The notes under the pieces: generated by a model
Database searches by the model: none
What the model was told of the DNA's origin: nothing
The model's input: the letters and a program-made list of their open reading frames with translations, nothing else
Program-made: the position numbers and the translations under genes
Part shown: positions 12,431 through 23,620 of the stretch, in pieces
How the letters are laid out: each line of letters opens with the position of its first letter
Position numbering within the stretch: the stretch's first letter is position 1
Origin: Malacoraja senta
Lineage: Eukaryota
Assembly (NCBI GenBank): GCA_038087875.1
Contig: CM075992.1
Span: 3,598,001 to 3,662,000 of the forward strand
Length of the DNA stretch: 64,000 bases
Direction of reading: 5' to 3'

Positions 12431-12999
12431 AGGGGCTGTCCCACTTGGGCGACCTAATTGGCGAGTTTAGAAGAGTTTGAAAAAATGTCATGTTGAAGAC
12501 CTCCTTCGACTATGTTGAAGACCAGCTACGACTAGCTACGACTAACTTTGGGAAAATTGGACACCGAATAGTGGAGAGTGAAGACGACCTCCTTTGATGA
12601 AGGAGATCGAAGGAGGTCGTCTTCACTTTTTTTCCGAAGTTAGTCGTAGCTAGACCTCCCTTCGACTATGATGAAGACTATCTACGACTACCTTCGACTA
12701 CCCTCGATTACCTACGACTAACATGCCGACCTACAACGACCTACTACGACTAAACCCACGAGTATAAAAAGTAGCGATTTTTTTCCATGGCGACCTTTTT
12801 TTACTGGCGGGCATTTTTCAACATGTTGAAAAAAAACGCCGCGACCTAGCTGAGGCCTCGAGTACGCGGGGTCTACTCTCGAGCATGAAGGAGAGTTACG
12901 AAGACCTCCTAGGACCTCGTGTCGACCATGCTGCGAGTATGAGTCGAGGGCAAACTCGCCAGAACTCGCGGAATAGGTCGCCCAAGTGGGACAGCCACT
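12431..12999. mobile_element. PIF/Harbinger-type MITE family A
   Basis: TIR AGGGGCTGTCCCACTTGGGCGACCTA. TTA TSD. Internal CGACTA/CGACCT repeats. Confidence 0.92.
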
Positions 13000-13213
13000 T
13001 TACGACGGACCATAATGGTAGTAGGTGGTGGCTGTTATTGCCGGTTGTCCACTACCACTGAGTGAGGGGTTGTCATGTGTAGGAAGGAACTGCAGATGCT
13101 GGTTTAAACAGAAGATAGACACAAAACGCTGGAGTAACTCAGCGGGACAGGCAGCATCTCTGGAGAGAAGGAATGGGTGACGTTCTCTGGAAAGAAGGAA
13201 TGGGTGATGTTCT

Positions 13214-13516
13214 CTTACTTACTTACTGCCTATTATGCCTCCTGGCATGTAGGGCAGCAACGAAGGTCCTCCACTCCTGTTGATTCCTTCAGTTGCTGTT
13301 TCCGTAACATATGTGTTTTACGAGACAGGGTTGTGAGCCCTGTGCTCAACCTCCAACCTGGAGGGCCAGTGGATCGCTCTTCGTCTCGCCTCTACCCTTT
13401 GACCTGTCCAGCATGGGAGACCCTAACAGGAGACGAATCTCCCTCTGGCATAGCTCTAGGGGTCACTGAGACACACAAGCTCCCCGACCACGACAAGGTT
13501 GCAATCCAACAGGGAG
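13214..13516 (-). mobile_element. Bipartite non-autonomous RTE-type retroposon (5' UTR joined to 3' tail)
   Basis: The 5' part resembles RTE/BovB-type 5' UTRs (CCTTGTCGTGG...GAGCTATGCC...CTCCCATG), recognised from memory. (GTAA)n tail at 13214-13226. Confidence 0.65.
13371..13516 (-). ncRNA. Variant HDV-like fold with long P4
   Basis: P1 CUCCCUG/CGGGGAG; P2 GGAUUGC/GCGAUCC; P3 ACC/GGU; L3 UUGUCGU; J4/2 CGAA. Confidence 0.6.
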
Positions 13517-13677
13517 CTGGAGAGAAGGAATTTTGTTGTATGAGTAGTTGAAACAGACTTCCTGGTTAATACACAAAAGGATGAGTCTAAGTCTAAGATG
13601 AGTGGGAGACTGGAGCTCGCTGTCAGCATGCCGGTAGCAAGAAGCTTCGTGGCATTTAAAATGTGCCAGGAAGATTA

Positions 13678-14220
13678 TAGATACATAGATACATAGAAAA
13701 TAGGTGTAGGAGTAGGCCATTCGGCCCTTCAAGCCTGCACCGCCATTCAATATGATCATGGCTGATCATCCAACTCAGTATCCCGTACCTGCCTTCTCTC
13801 CATACCCCCTGATCCCTTTAGCCACAAGAGCCACATCTAACTCCCTCTTAAATATAGCCAATGAACCGGCCTCAACTACCTTCTGTGGCAGAGAGTTCCA
13901 GAGATTCACCACTCTCTGTGTGAAAACGTTTTTTCTCATCTCGGTCTTAAAGGATTTCCCCCTTATCCTTAAGCTGTGACCCCTTGTCCTGGACTTCCCC
14001 AACATCGGGAACAATCTTCCTGCATCTAGCCTATCTATCCAACCCCATAAGAATTTTGTACGTTTCTATAAGATCCCCTCTCAATCTCCTAAATTCTAGC
14101 GAGTATAAGCCAAGTCTATCCAGTCTTTCTTCATATGAAAGTCCTGACATCCCAGGAATCAGTCTGGTGAACCTTCTCTGCACTCCCTCTATGGCTATAA
14201 TGTCCCTCCTCAGATTTGGA
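13678..14220 (-). mobile_element. CR1 LINE 3' fragment
   Basis: Near-identical to 9345-9883. Confidence 0.93.
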
Positions 14221-14351
14221 ATTCTAATCCAGTCTTCAACACATTGGTGTTTAATCTAAACCAGAAGGCACCTCCTCTGAGCAGATCCTCAGTTACACAT
14301 GTTTTCACACAAGGCAACTTCTACGATCAATCTGAAGGAGGGTCCCGACCT

Positions 14352-14638
14352 GAAACGTCACCTATCCATGTTCTCCAGAGATGCTGCCTGACCCGCTGAG
14401 TTACTCCAGCACTCTGTGAAACGTCACCTATCCATGTTCTCCACAGATGCTGCCTGACCCGCTGAGTTACTCCAGCACTCTGTGAAACGTCACCTATCCA
14501 TGTTCACCAGGGATGCTGCCTGACCCGCTGAGTTGCTCCAGCACTCTGTGAAACGTCACCTATCCATGTTCTCCAGAGATGCTGCCTGACCCGCTGAGTT
14601 ACTCCAGCACTCTGTGAAACGTCACCTATCCATGTTCC
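14352..14638 (+). repeat. 66-bp tandem array (4.3 units) derived from the Penelope terminal unit
   Basis: GAAACGTC recurs at 14352, 14418, 14484, 14550 and 14616. Confidence 0.95.
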
Positions 14639-15027
14639 GGCAGCATCTATGGAGCGAAGGAAATAGGCAACGTTTCGGCCCGAAACCCTTCCGGGTTTCG
14701 GCCCGAAACGTTGCCTATTTCCTTCAGGGTTTCGGCCCGAAAGGTTGCCCATTTCCTTCGCTCCACAGATGCTGCCTGACCCGCTGAGTTACTCCAGCAC
14801 TCTGTGTCCATCTTCACATACACTTTAATGTAGACACAAGGAACTGCCGATGCTGAGTTACTCCAGCACTTTGTGTCTTTTTTTGTGTGTAAACCAGCAT
14901 CTGCAGTTCCTTGTGTCTAAAATTAAAGAATATCTAATGATAGATACAAAATGCTGGAGTAACTCAGCGGGTCAGGCAACATCTCTGGAGAAAAAGAAAG
15001 GGTGACGTTTCGGGTGAGGACACTTCT

Positions 15028-15350
15028 TAGTCCCTCAGATCCACATCAGCCGGTCTCCTCTCCACTCCGAAATCAAACCTCTGCACCTTTGGAGGCAGAG
15101 CCTTCTCCAGGGCAGCTCCCAGGCTCTGGAATTCTCTCCCACAACCGGTCCGAAATTCTGAGTCCCTCACCATCTTCCAGTCCCGCCTCAAGACCCATCT
15201 CTTCACCTCTGCATACCCTTAGTCCCATGTTCCCCTCCCCTCTGTCTTACTGCTCTATTTTGTTTTGTTTATTCCAGACTCTCAATTGTAAAGCGACTTT
15301 GAGTCCTGAAAAGCGCTATATAAATAAAATCTATTATTATTATTATTATT
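15028..15350 (+). mobile_element. L2 LINE 3' fragment
   Basis: TFGGRAFSRAAPRLWNSLP...FQSRLKTHLF. Tail TGTAAAGCGACTTTGAG...AAAGCGCTATATAAAT(TAT)n. Confidence 0.85.
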
Positions 15351-15698
15351 AGTACGTAGGTAAGGATTGCAAAGAGAACTTTTAGAAACTTTTAACAGAG
15401 CAGGCGGAAGAAAAGCATTTAATCTTTTCACATCAATGAAAAAACAAGTGCTTAATGGGTTGGAAAATTCCAGCCTTGACTGAAAGCTCCGGCTACCAAA
15501 TTAAATAGATATCCAGTGTTTATTATGAGCGACAAATCTCTGTTTGTTTTACTGGGTGAAACACAATAGCTAAATAAAGATGTTCCCTCCTAATATAGCA
15601 ATCAAACCATTCAAGCCAAATACCATCACTTACATGGAATCTCCTTCGATCTATTTATGTCCACTCAACCTAGCTTCAAACTTGACTTTAGAGTCTTA

Positions 15699-16059
15699 AG
15701 CCCCTGTCCCACTGTACGAGGTAATTCAAGAGTTCTCCCGAGTTTTCCCCTGATTCGAACTCGGAGAATGTCCACAGTGGGTCCGTAGGAGTTCGTGGAC
15801 GTCTCGTAGGGGCTCGTACGAGGAAAAAGTAACAGGTTTTTTTCATCACGAGTATTTTCTTTACTCGTGGACATTTTTTCACAGTGTTGAAAAAAACGTC
15901 CCGAGTTTACCGGATTTCCCGAGAACCTACCGTTACTCGTACGAGCCGCTACGGGACATCCACGGACTCCTACGGACCCGCTACGGACATTCTCTGAGTT
16001 CGAATCAGGGGAAAACTCGGGGGAACTCTTGAATTACCTCGTACAGTGGGACAGGGGCT
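15699..16059. mobile_element. PIF/Harbinger-type MITE with ~124-bp TIRs
   Basis: AGCCCCTGTCCCACTGTACGAG... long near-perfect inverted arms. TTA TSD. Confidence 0.92.
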
Positions 16060-16062
16060 TTA

Positions 16063-16350
16063 CAGTGAGGAAACAAGCCCTTCGGCCCACCGAGTCCGTG
16101 CCGACCAGCGATCCCTGGTTACGTAGCACTATCCCACTTACTAGGGGCAATTTACAATTAACAGAAGCCAATTAACCTACAAACCCGCACGTCTTTGGAG
16201 TGTGGGAGGAAACCGAAGATCTCGGAGAAAACCCACGCAGGTCACGGGGAGAACGTACAAGCTCCGTACAGACAGCATCCGTAGTCGGGGTCGAACCCGG
16301 GTCTCCGGGGTTGCATTCGCTGTAAGGCAGCAACTCTACCGCTGCGCCAC
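16063..16350 (-). mobile_element. HE1-like V-SINE
   Basis: Same consensus. A MITE abuts the tail. Confidence 0.85.
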
Positions 16351-16351
16351 C

Positions 16352-16533
16352 AGGAGAGCCAGTGGATGTGGTGTATGTGGACTTTCAAAGAGCCTTTGAC
16401 AAAGTCCCACACAAGAGATTAGTGAGCAAACCTAGTACACATGGTATTAGAGGCAGGGTCAATTATTGACATGGATAGAGAACTGGTTGGCAGAGAGGAA
16501 GCAAAGAGTATGAATTAACGGGTCATTTTCAGA
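16352..16533 (+). mobile_element. CR1 RT internal fragment
   Basis: GEPVDVVYVDFQ...FDKVPHKRL. Confidence 0.8.
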
Positions 16534-17427
16534 ATCTGGACAACATGGATAGGTGACGTTTTGTGTCGGGGCCCTATTCCTCCCGAGATGTTGCCTGACC
16601 CACTGAGTTACTCCAATGCTTTGTGCCTTTTTTGTGCAGAAACAAGGAACTGCAGATGCTGGTTTCCAAAAAGGGAACAGAGGGCTGGCATCTCTGGACA
16701 ACATAGTCGAAACATCGACCATCCAGGGGTAACGGTGGTGGTGGAAGCAGATACCATCGGGACATGCAAGAGGCTTTTAGATAGACCCACGGATATGCGG
16801 GGAATGGAGGGATATGGATCACGTGGAGATAAGCATGGACACTGTGGGCCGAAGGGCCTGTTTCTGTGCTATTCCATTCAATGTTCTATGTTCAGGACTG
16901 ATGCTCATTTTCTTGTACCAGTGATGGCTTTGACATTTGGGAATGGGACAAGAATCGATCAGTTCGTGTGTCAGGGGTTATGGGGAGAAGGCTGGAGAAT
17001 GGGGTTCAGAGGGAGGGATAGATCAGACATGATTGAATGGCGGAGTAGACTTGATGGGCCGAATGGCCTAATTCTGCTCCTATCACTTAATAACTTATAA
17101 AGAACACTGGGGGTGGTCAAAAGCTAAAAACGTTTGATTATTAAAAAAAGTGCTTGGCAGCATATCAAGAAGAGAGACCCCCCGGAATAAATATTTTCAA
17201 AGTGCTTAAAGACAAGATGTTTATAGGGAAACCTTTTTAATTTTACTTTATTGCTTTGAATGTCGTCAACGATATAGTATTTTACAGTTTACGACATTCA
17301 TGTATTACTACATCTTGAAAAATATAAGGCTTGTCTTGACTGACAAACCAGATCAATTTTCCAAAATATGATCTCCTTTTATTGAATTTCTTCAACAACA
17401 TAATGGTTGAACATAAACTCAAAACCA

Positions 17428-17770
17428 TATAACCATATAACCATTACAGCACGGAAACAGGCCATCTCGGCCCTTCATGTCCGTGCCAAACATTTTTTTT
17501 TCTCCTTCTTCCTTCCCCCTAGTCCCATCTACCTGCACTCAGACCATAACCCTCCATTCCTTTCCCGTCCATATACCCATCCAATCTATTTTTAAAGGAA
17601 AAAATCGAACCTGCCTCCACCACTTCCACTGGAAGCTCATTCCACACAGCTACCACTCTCTGAGTAAAGAAGTTCCCCCTCATGTTACCCCTAAACTTCT
17701 GTCCCTTAATTCTCAAGTCATGTCCCCTTGTTTGAATCTTCCCTACTCTCAATGGGAAAAGCTTATCCAC
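17428..17770 (-). mobile_element. CR1 LINE 3' fragment (second subfamily)
   Basis: TRGHDLRI...FFTQRVVAVWNELP. Sister copy at 59848-60160. Confidence 0.88.
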
Positions 17771-18059
17771 GTTTTATCCATGAAAAACCGACGCTAGGGT
17801 GGGGTAAGCGGGCGTAGGGAAGGGTAGTGGGATATCTCTCCGCTTCTTTCACTTCTTTGTCAGTTCTGGGGGTTTTCGTTTTTCTTTTTCGTGTCTTTCT
17901 CGAAATTCTTTCTTTTTCTTTTTCTTTTCTTCTCTCTTTCCCTTTTTTTCCTTTATCCTTTTTTAGTTATTAGTTTATAAAACGTTAAAAATTGAAGCAG
18001 TACGAAAATTGTATAATTGTTATCTCGATTACTTTCTCTTTGTACAATTGCTTCTAATA

Positions 18060-18519
18060 TTGAGGGGGGATCTTATAGAAATCTTATATAATAATAATAG
18101 GATCTTATAGAAAAGGGAAGATTGAGGGGGGATCTTATAGAAACGTACAAAATTCTTAAAGGGTTGGACAGGCTAGATGCAGGAAGATTGTTCCCGATGT
18201 TGGGGAAGTCCAGGACAAGGGGTCACAGTTTGAGGATAAGGGGGAAATCCTTTAGGACCGAGATGAGAAAAACATTTTTCACACAGAGAGTGGTGAATCT
18301 CTGGAATTCTCTACCACAGAAGGTAGTTGAGGCCAGTTCATTGGCTATATTTAAGAGGGAGCTAGATGTGGCCCTTGTGGCTAAAGGGATCAGGGGGTAT
18401 GGAGAGAAGGCAGGTACAGGATACTGAGTTGGATGATCAGCCATGATCATATTGAATGGTGGTGCAGGCTCGAAGGGCCGAATGGCCTACTCCTGCACCT
18501 ATTTTCTATGTTTCTATGT
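18060..18519 (+). mobile_element. CR1 3' fragment inserted in an L1-type 3' end
   Basis: TTCTAATA duplicated at 18052-18059 and 18520-18527. Confidence 0.9.
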
Positions 18520-19035
18520 TTCTAATAAAATTAATATTTTTTTAAAAACTGTATAGTATTTTTGTCCTTGTCTCGGTGCCTGGAAATCCTTGGGTTTTTA
18601 TAGTTTAGTTTAGTTTATTGTCACGTGTACCAAGGTAGAATAATAATTTAAGAATAATATTTTTTGCAAATTAAAATGAGATTAGTGTGATGTATGTTTG
18701 ATGATTCTTAATTGGAAACATGCTGACTAGTTTAATTAGTTGAGTTTATTGTCACGTGTACCGAAGTACTGTGAAAAACATTTTATTGGGTGCTAGCCAG
18801 TCAGCGGAAAGACAATACATGATTACAATCGAGCCGTCCACAGTGTACAGATTCATGATGAAAGGAATATTGTTTAGTGCAAGATAAAGTCCGATTAAAG
18901 ATAGTCCGAGGGTCTCCAATGAGGTAGATGTGTAGGTCAGGACCAGAGTGGATCCTGGAAAAATATCTTAGTAGGAACACAATGTGTGTAGGTTTGGAAG
19001 CAAGGCAGTGGGGCAGTGGCTAAAGTCCACTTGGA

Positions 19036-19703
19036 GGTACACAAAAATGCCGGAGAAACTCAGCGGGTGCAGCAGCATCTATGGAGCGAAGGAGATAGGC
19101 AACGTTTCGGGCCGAAACCCTTATTCAGACTGATAGGGGGTGGGGGGAGGTGGGGAGAAGAAAGGAAAAAGGAGAAGGAGGAGCCCGAGGGCTGAGGGAG
19201 AGGTAGGAAGGGGAGGAGACAGCAGGGGCTAACGGAATTGTGAGAATTCAATGGTACACAAAAATGCTGGAGAAACTCAGCGGGTGCAGCAGCATCTATG
19301 GAGCGAAGGAAATAGGCAACGTTTCAGGCCGAAACCCTTCTTCAGACTGATAGGGGATGGGGAGAAGAAAGGAAAAAAGGAAAAAGGTGGAGGAGGAGCC
19401 TGAGGGCTGGGGGAGGGGAGGAGACAACCAGAGGGCTGATGAAGGGGAGGGGACAGCAGGGGCTAACGGAATTGTGAGAATTCAATGTTCATGCCCCCCA
19501 GGATGCAGACTCCCCAAGCGGAATATGAGGTGCTGTTCCTCCAATTTCCTCCAATTTCCGGTGTTGCTCACTCTGGCCATGGAGGAGGCCCATGACAGAG
19601 AGGTCGGGTACGGAATGGGAGGGGGAGTTGAAGTGCTGAGCCACCGGGAGGTCAGGTCGGTTAGTGCGGACCGAGCGGAGGTGTTCGGCGAAACTGGAAC
19701 ACA
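19036..19703 (-). mobile_element. Penelope-like element 3' end with tandem pseudo-LTRs
   Basis: GIY-YIG C-terminus FAEHLRSVRTNRPDLPVAQHFNSPSHS...RKLEE, then a pyrimidine-rich UTR and a hammerhead unit. The terminal ~215 bp is duplicated. Confidence 0.85.
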
Positions 19704-21967
19704 GGAGGCTGAGGGGTGATCTTATAGGGGGGTATAAAATCATGAGGGGAATAGATCGGGTGAATGCAGAGTCTTTTACCCAGATTAGGGGAATTAAGAA
19801 CCAGAGGATTTAGGTTTAAGGCGAGAGGGGAAGGATTTAATAGGAACCTGAGAGGCAACTTTTTCACCCAGAGGGAGGTGGCTATATGAAATGAGCTGCC
19901 GGGTGAGGTAGGTGCGACAAGTACTATAGCAACATTTAAAAGATATTTTATGGATATGGATATGAAAGGCTTCGAGGGATATGGGCCAAACGCGGGAAGG
20001 TGGGACCAGCATTGATGGAGCATTATGGTCGGCATGGGCAAGTTGGGCCGAAGGGCCTGTTTCTGTGCTGTATAACTCTGTGACTCTATGATCATTGGTG
20101 GCACAGTGATGCAGCGGTAGAGTTGCTGCCTTACAGCCCCAGAGACCCGGGTTCGATCCTGACCACGGGCGCTGTCTGTGCAGAGTTTGTACGTTCTCCC
20201 CGTGATCTGTGTCGGCTTTCTGAGAACTTTGTGTTTTCTCCGGGTGCTCCGGTTTCCTCCCACACTCCAAATACGGGCAGGTATGTGGGTTATTTGGTTT
20301 GTAGAGCGTAGGATAGCGCTAGTGTGCGGGGATCGCTGGTCGGCGCGGACTCAGTTGGCTGATTCCAGGCTGACTCTGTCAGCTAAAAAAAACAATAACT
20401 CGTGAATAAAAACAAATCTCCTCATCTCCCCTTTGGTTCATTTACCGCTTATCTCCGATCTGCTTCCTCTGGTCACTAGCTCTCATGCCCACGGAAAGAA
20501 TTCTTCATTATTTCCTCAATTAAAACCATGCTTGCTTGGCCAAGCACACTGAAGACTAATTATAATTCTTCTTTGTTAAGGACAAGAAAGAGGCTGCTAA
20601 AAACTTCCAAAGGAACTCGACACTTTGAACCGGACTCATAGTCCTCCGATCACTTGGTAAGTGCGAGTGAATAACAGTCGCACAGCATGGAAACAGGCCC
20701 TTCGGCCCAGCATGTCCATTCTGACCCATCTATACCCATCCCATTGCCAGCAATTGGTTCCCCTGCCTCCTATGGCCTGATGATCTGAGTGCTTGTATAG
20801 ATAAGAGTCATGGAGTCGTGCAGCATGGATGGCGGCCCCTCGGCCCAACTCGTTCACACTGACCAACATGGACCATCAAAGCCATTTGCCTGCATTTGGC
20901 CCGTATCCCTCTAAACCTTTCTAAACTCTCTAAACCAGTCGCACCCCGGCCACTCCCTCTTCTCCCCTCTCCCAAGGGCAAAAGGTACAGAAGTGTGAAA
21001 ACGCACACCTCCAGATTCAGGGACAGTTTCTTCTCAGCTGTGGAAATGACAAAGGACCAGGATAGATTTCAACGGCTTATTATTTTCATGTGTACCAAGA
21101 TAAGGTGACGAGCTTTGTTAGTGAGCTAACCAGTCAATTCATGCTGTACATGCATACATTCAAACCACACACAAACCACCTGCTGAAGTACAACATGTAC
21201 TTCGACAGGTACACAAAGAGAAATATATCAGAATGCAGAATTACAGCGTTATAGCAATACAGTTAGAGAGAGAAAAGTGCAAGGTCCGCAATGAGGTTGG
21301 TTGGAAGATCAGACTACACCCTAGTTTATGCCAGAAGTTTTATGATAGCAGGGAAGACGAAGCTGTTCTGAATGTGGTGGTACATGCCTTTGTACCTTCT
21401 GCCCAATAGGAGAGAGAAGAGAGAGTGGCTAGATATGTTTCTAGGTTTAGTTTTGTGTTTATTGTTGGCACGTATGCTGAGGTAAAGTAACATGCTTTGT
21501 AACTGAATCAGACCAGATAATACTAGACATCAACACAATCAAGTCAAACTCAAGTACAATAAGTAGTGTAAAGGGGAGGGTACAGTGTGCAGAATATCGT
21601 TTTGAAAGGACTCCTATTCTTTCAGGTAGACACAAAATGCTGGAGTAACTCAGCGGGACAGGCAGCATCTCTGGAGAGAAGGAATGGGTGACGTTTGGAC
21701 AGCCTTGTGGTGGTATTGGTTGATATTCATTTTTACTTAGGTGCAAACATACTTGGCATGAGAGGATCTAATGGGTTGGGATTAGAAAGCAAAAATCTGA
21801 ACACTTATGACGGCAGTCAGAAGTGAAAATAAACAAAAGATCTTTAAGCACTAATGAAATGGAACTAGCCACAGACAACTATATTTGGATCTTTTGCAAT
21901 TAATTATGGTTATTGTCTATGGTCCCGGTCCTTACCATGGTAGTATTTCATCTCAATCTATTTAAAT

Positions 21968-22265
21968 GGTGGCACAGTGGCTCAGCGGTAGAGTTGCTGC
22001 CTTACAGCGCCAGAGATAAGGGTTCTATCCTGACTACGGGCGCTGTCTGTACGGAGTTTGTACGTTCTCCCCGTGGCTGCATGGGTTTTCTCCGGGTGCT
22101 CCAGTTTCCTCCCGCATTCCAAAGATGTACAGGTTTGTAGGTTAATTGGCCTCTGTAAATTATCCCCTGTGTGTGTGTGTGTGTAGGATAGAACTAGTGT
22201 ACGGGGTGATTGCTGGTCACCGCGGACCCGATGGGAAGGGCCTGTTTCCCCACTGTATCTCTAAA
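21968..22265 (+). mobile_element. HE1-like V-SINE
   Basis: Same consensus. Confidence 0.85.
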
Positions 22266-22485
22266 GTGTAACGTCCAAGAGCATCTCTTATCCCCCTGTG
22301 CGTTAATCCATATCCCTCCATTCCCAGCATCCCCATGTGCCTCTTAGACGCCACTATCGTATCTGCCTCCACTGCCATCCCTGGCAATGCATTAGAGGCA
22401 CTCACCATCTTCTGTGTAAAAAATGTACAGGTAATCGTTGGTCGGCACAGACTCGGTGGGCCGAAGGGCCTGTTTCCATACCGTA

Positions 22486-22900
22486 TTTAGAAGATTGAGG
22501 GGGGATCTTATAGAAACGTACAAAATTCTTAAGGGGTTGGACAGGCTAGATGCAGGAAGATTGTTCCCGATGTTGGGGAAGTCCAGGACAAGGGGTCACA
22601 GTTTAAGGATGAGGGGGTAATCTTTTAGGACCGAGATGAGAAAAACATTTTTCACACAGAGAGTGGTGAATCTCTGGAACTCTCTGCCACAGAGGGTAGT
22701 TGAGGCCAGTTCATTGGCTATATTTAAGAGGGAGTTAGATGTGGCCCTTGTGGCTAAAGGGATCAGGGGGTATGGAGAGAAGGCAGGTACAGGATACTGA
22801 GTTGGATGATCAGCCATGATCATATTGAATGGCGGTGCAGGCTCGAAAGGCCGAATGGCCTACTCCTGCACCTATTTTCTATGTTTCTATGTTTCTATGT
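22486..22900 (+). mobile_element. CR1 LINE 3' fragment
   Basis: ORF2 C-terminus with a stop and a (TTTCTATG)n tail. Inserted in a SINE tail. Confidence 0.92.
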
Positions 22901-23235
22901 ATCTCTAAGCTAAACTAAATAAATTTACAGAAGTCGTCCTTTGATGTTGCTTGCCGTCAACATTATTAATCTACAATTAGAAGGGAACGAAGTGAAGAGT
23001 TGAACTTGCGTTCTCTTGCCAGAGTCCAGACCCTCTAACGTGATTATTCGCAGGGAGCAGCGACGAATGAAGCCATTACCAAGTTTGGACTCTCAGCAGT
23101 CCACGTTTATTTAATCGTGACAACAGCTGAAAGAAAGCCTTTTGTTTGTGCCAAGTTTCCGTCTAATCAGGCTGGGGGAGTACAGCTATTATTGGTGTTA
23201 GATAGCCACTAAATGCTGGAGTAACTCAGCGGGTC

Positions 23236-23375
23236 TTCTTCATCTTGCGTATGGCGTGCACAGCCTAAAGTTGTAGGACAACTTGTTCTATTTAATCTTA
23301 CTTGATTGTGCACGCCAGGTTGATTGCATTCGTCGAAACAGGGCGGACCACGTGAAGGTTGCAATCTTCCACCCC
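23236..23375 (-). mobile_element. 140-bp non-autonomous retroposon with 5' HDV-like ribozyme and (GAA)n tail
   Basis: Exact 12-bp TSD ACTCAGCGGGTC at 23224-23235 and 23376-23387. Tail ...GCCATACGCAAGATGAAGAA. Two more copies in the window. Confidence 0.9.
23322..23375 (-). ncRNA. HDV/CPEB3-like self-cleaving ribozyme fold (54 nt)
   Basis: P1 GGGGUGG/CCGCCCU with G1.U wobble; P2 GAUUGCA/UGCAAUC; P3 ACC/GGU; L3 UUCACGU; GU after P1'; minimal P4 UUCGA; J4/2 CGAA. Confidence 0.85.
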
Positions 23376-23620
23376 ACTCAGCGGGTCAGGCAGCATCTCT
23401 GGAGAAAAGGAATAGGTGACTTTTCGGGTCGGTTGGAAAAACAGAAAAATAATCCTCAGCAATAAACATCCCAAAGTAATTACACAGCAACATAGCAAAA
23501 CATCATTAACTCTGAGCCACACCAGGTATTGGTGCCCCAAAACATTAAGGGCACATTTAGACAAGCACTTGAGTCACCAAGTCAATTTGTGGACCAAAAG
23601 CAGGGAGGTAGAATTAGTTT

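Noticed and set aside
14352..14638. CRISPR-like array
   Set aside because: Contiguous near-identical units with no unique spacers and no cas genes. The same applies to 25883-26126.
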